DNA from: an uncultured Candidatus Saccharibacteria bacterium
GTDB taxonomy: Bacteria > Patescibacteriota > Minisyncoccia > Phycocordibacterales > Phycocordibacteraceae
Assembly: GCA_964457265.1 (NCBI GenBank)
Contig: CAYWEI010000001.1
Location: 1-43,238, forward strand
DNA: 43,238 nucleotides
Direction of reading: 5' to 3'
The position numbers and the translations under genes were made by a program. This document shows, one piece after another, positions 43,191-43,238 of the stretch. The notes under the pieces are model-generated. The model was not told where the DNA came from and made no database searches. It worked only from the letters and a program-made list of their open reading frames with translations. Every line of letters starts with the position of its first letter. The first letter of the stretch is position 1.

Positions 43191-43238
43191 CGGTACCTCC
43201 TTTCGGCTAAAGATGCTTGGCGCCACTATATACTCCTG

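Noticed and set aside
1-43238. Scan for tRNA/rRNA/tmRNA signatures (GGTTCGAATCC-like T-arms, CCA ends)
   Set aside because: No intergenic T-arm-like motif or cloverleaf was found by eye, and the only similar strings lie inside coding regions. A tRNAscan/Infernal run would be needed to be definitive.

Overview
GC-rich bacterial chromosomal segment with about 60 tightly packed genes. Small housekeeping operons sit among many secreted, peptidoglycan-binding and hypothetical proteins. This looks like a small-genome uncultivated bacterium, possibly Patescibacteria/CPR-like, but that is inference only. Recognisable core genes are truB-like, radC, a P-type ATPase, rmuC, rplU, recR, dnaB, cysS, a CorA-like protein, an S41 peptidase, rplI, rpmA, a DEDDh exonuclease, a LOG-family protein, mpg, DUF72, lexA, an exonuclease/GIY-YIG fusion, an AlkA-like glycosylase, a DAG-kinase-like protein, an M23 peptidase, gltX, murG and ftsW. 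I found no rRNA, tRNA, CRISPR array, transposase, integrase or reverse transcriptase. Five loci are not explained by the gene calls. (1) The convergent rplI/rpmA spacer (19975-20275) is almost entirely filled by two diverged inverted copies of a ~120-135 nt hairpin-forming element, bracketed by two bidirectional terminators. (2) A visibly lower-GC island lies at about 22.45-25.5 kb. It holds tandem paralogous micro-membrane proteins and a ~745 bp ORF-free, repeat-rich stretch with three CACTTCCC modules. Two of those modules are hairpins whose 3' arm can instead form a terminator stem. The island also encodes a secreted protein with TIMP-like, Kazal-like and PG-binding domains. (3) A 107 nt nested inverted repeat lies between dnaB and recR. 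(4) lexA heads a lexA/SnoaL-like/DUF72 gene string that is divergent from a Cho-like exonuclease/GIY-YIG gene, with phased direct repeats in the shared control region. (5) 25-nt direct repeats bracket a lower-GC orphan gene. All functional assignments come from reading motifs by eye; no searches were run.
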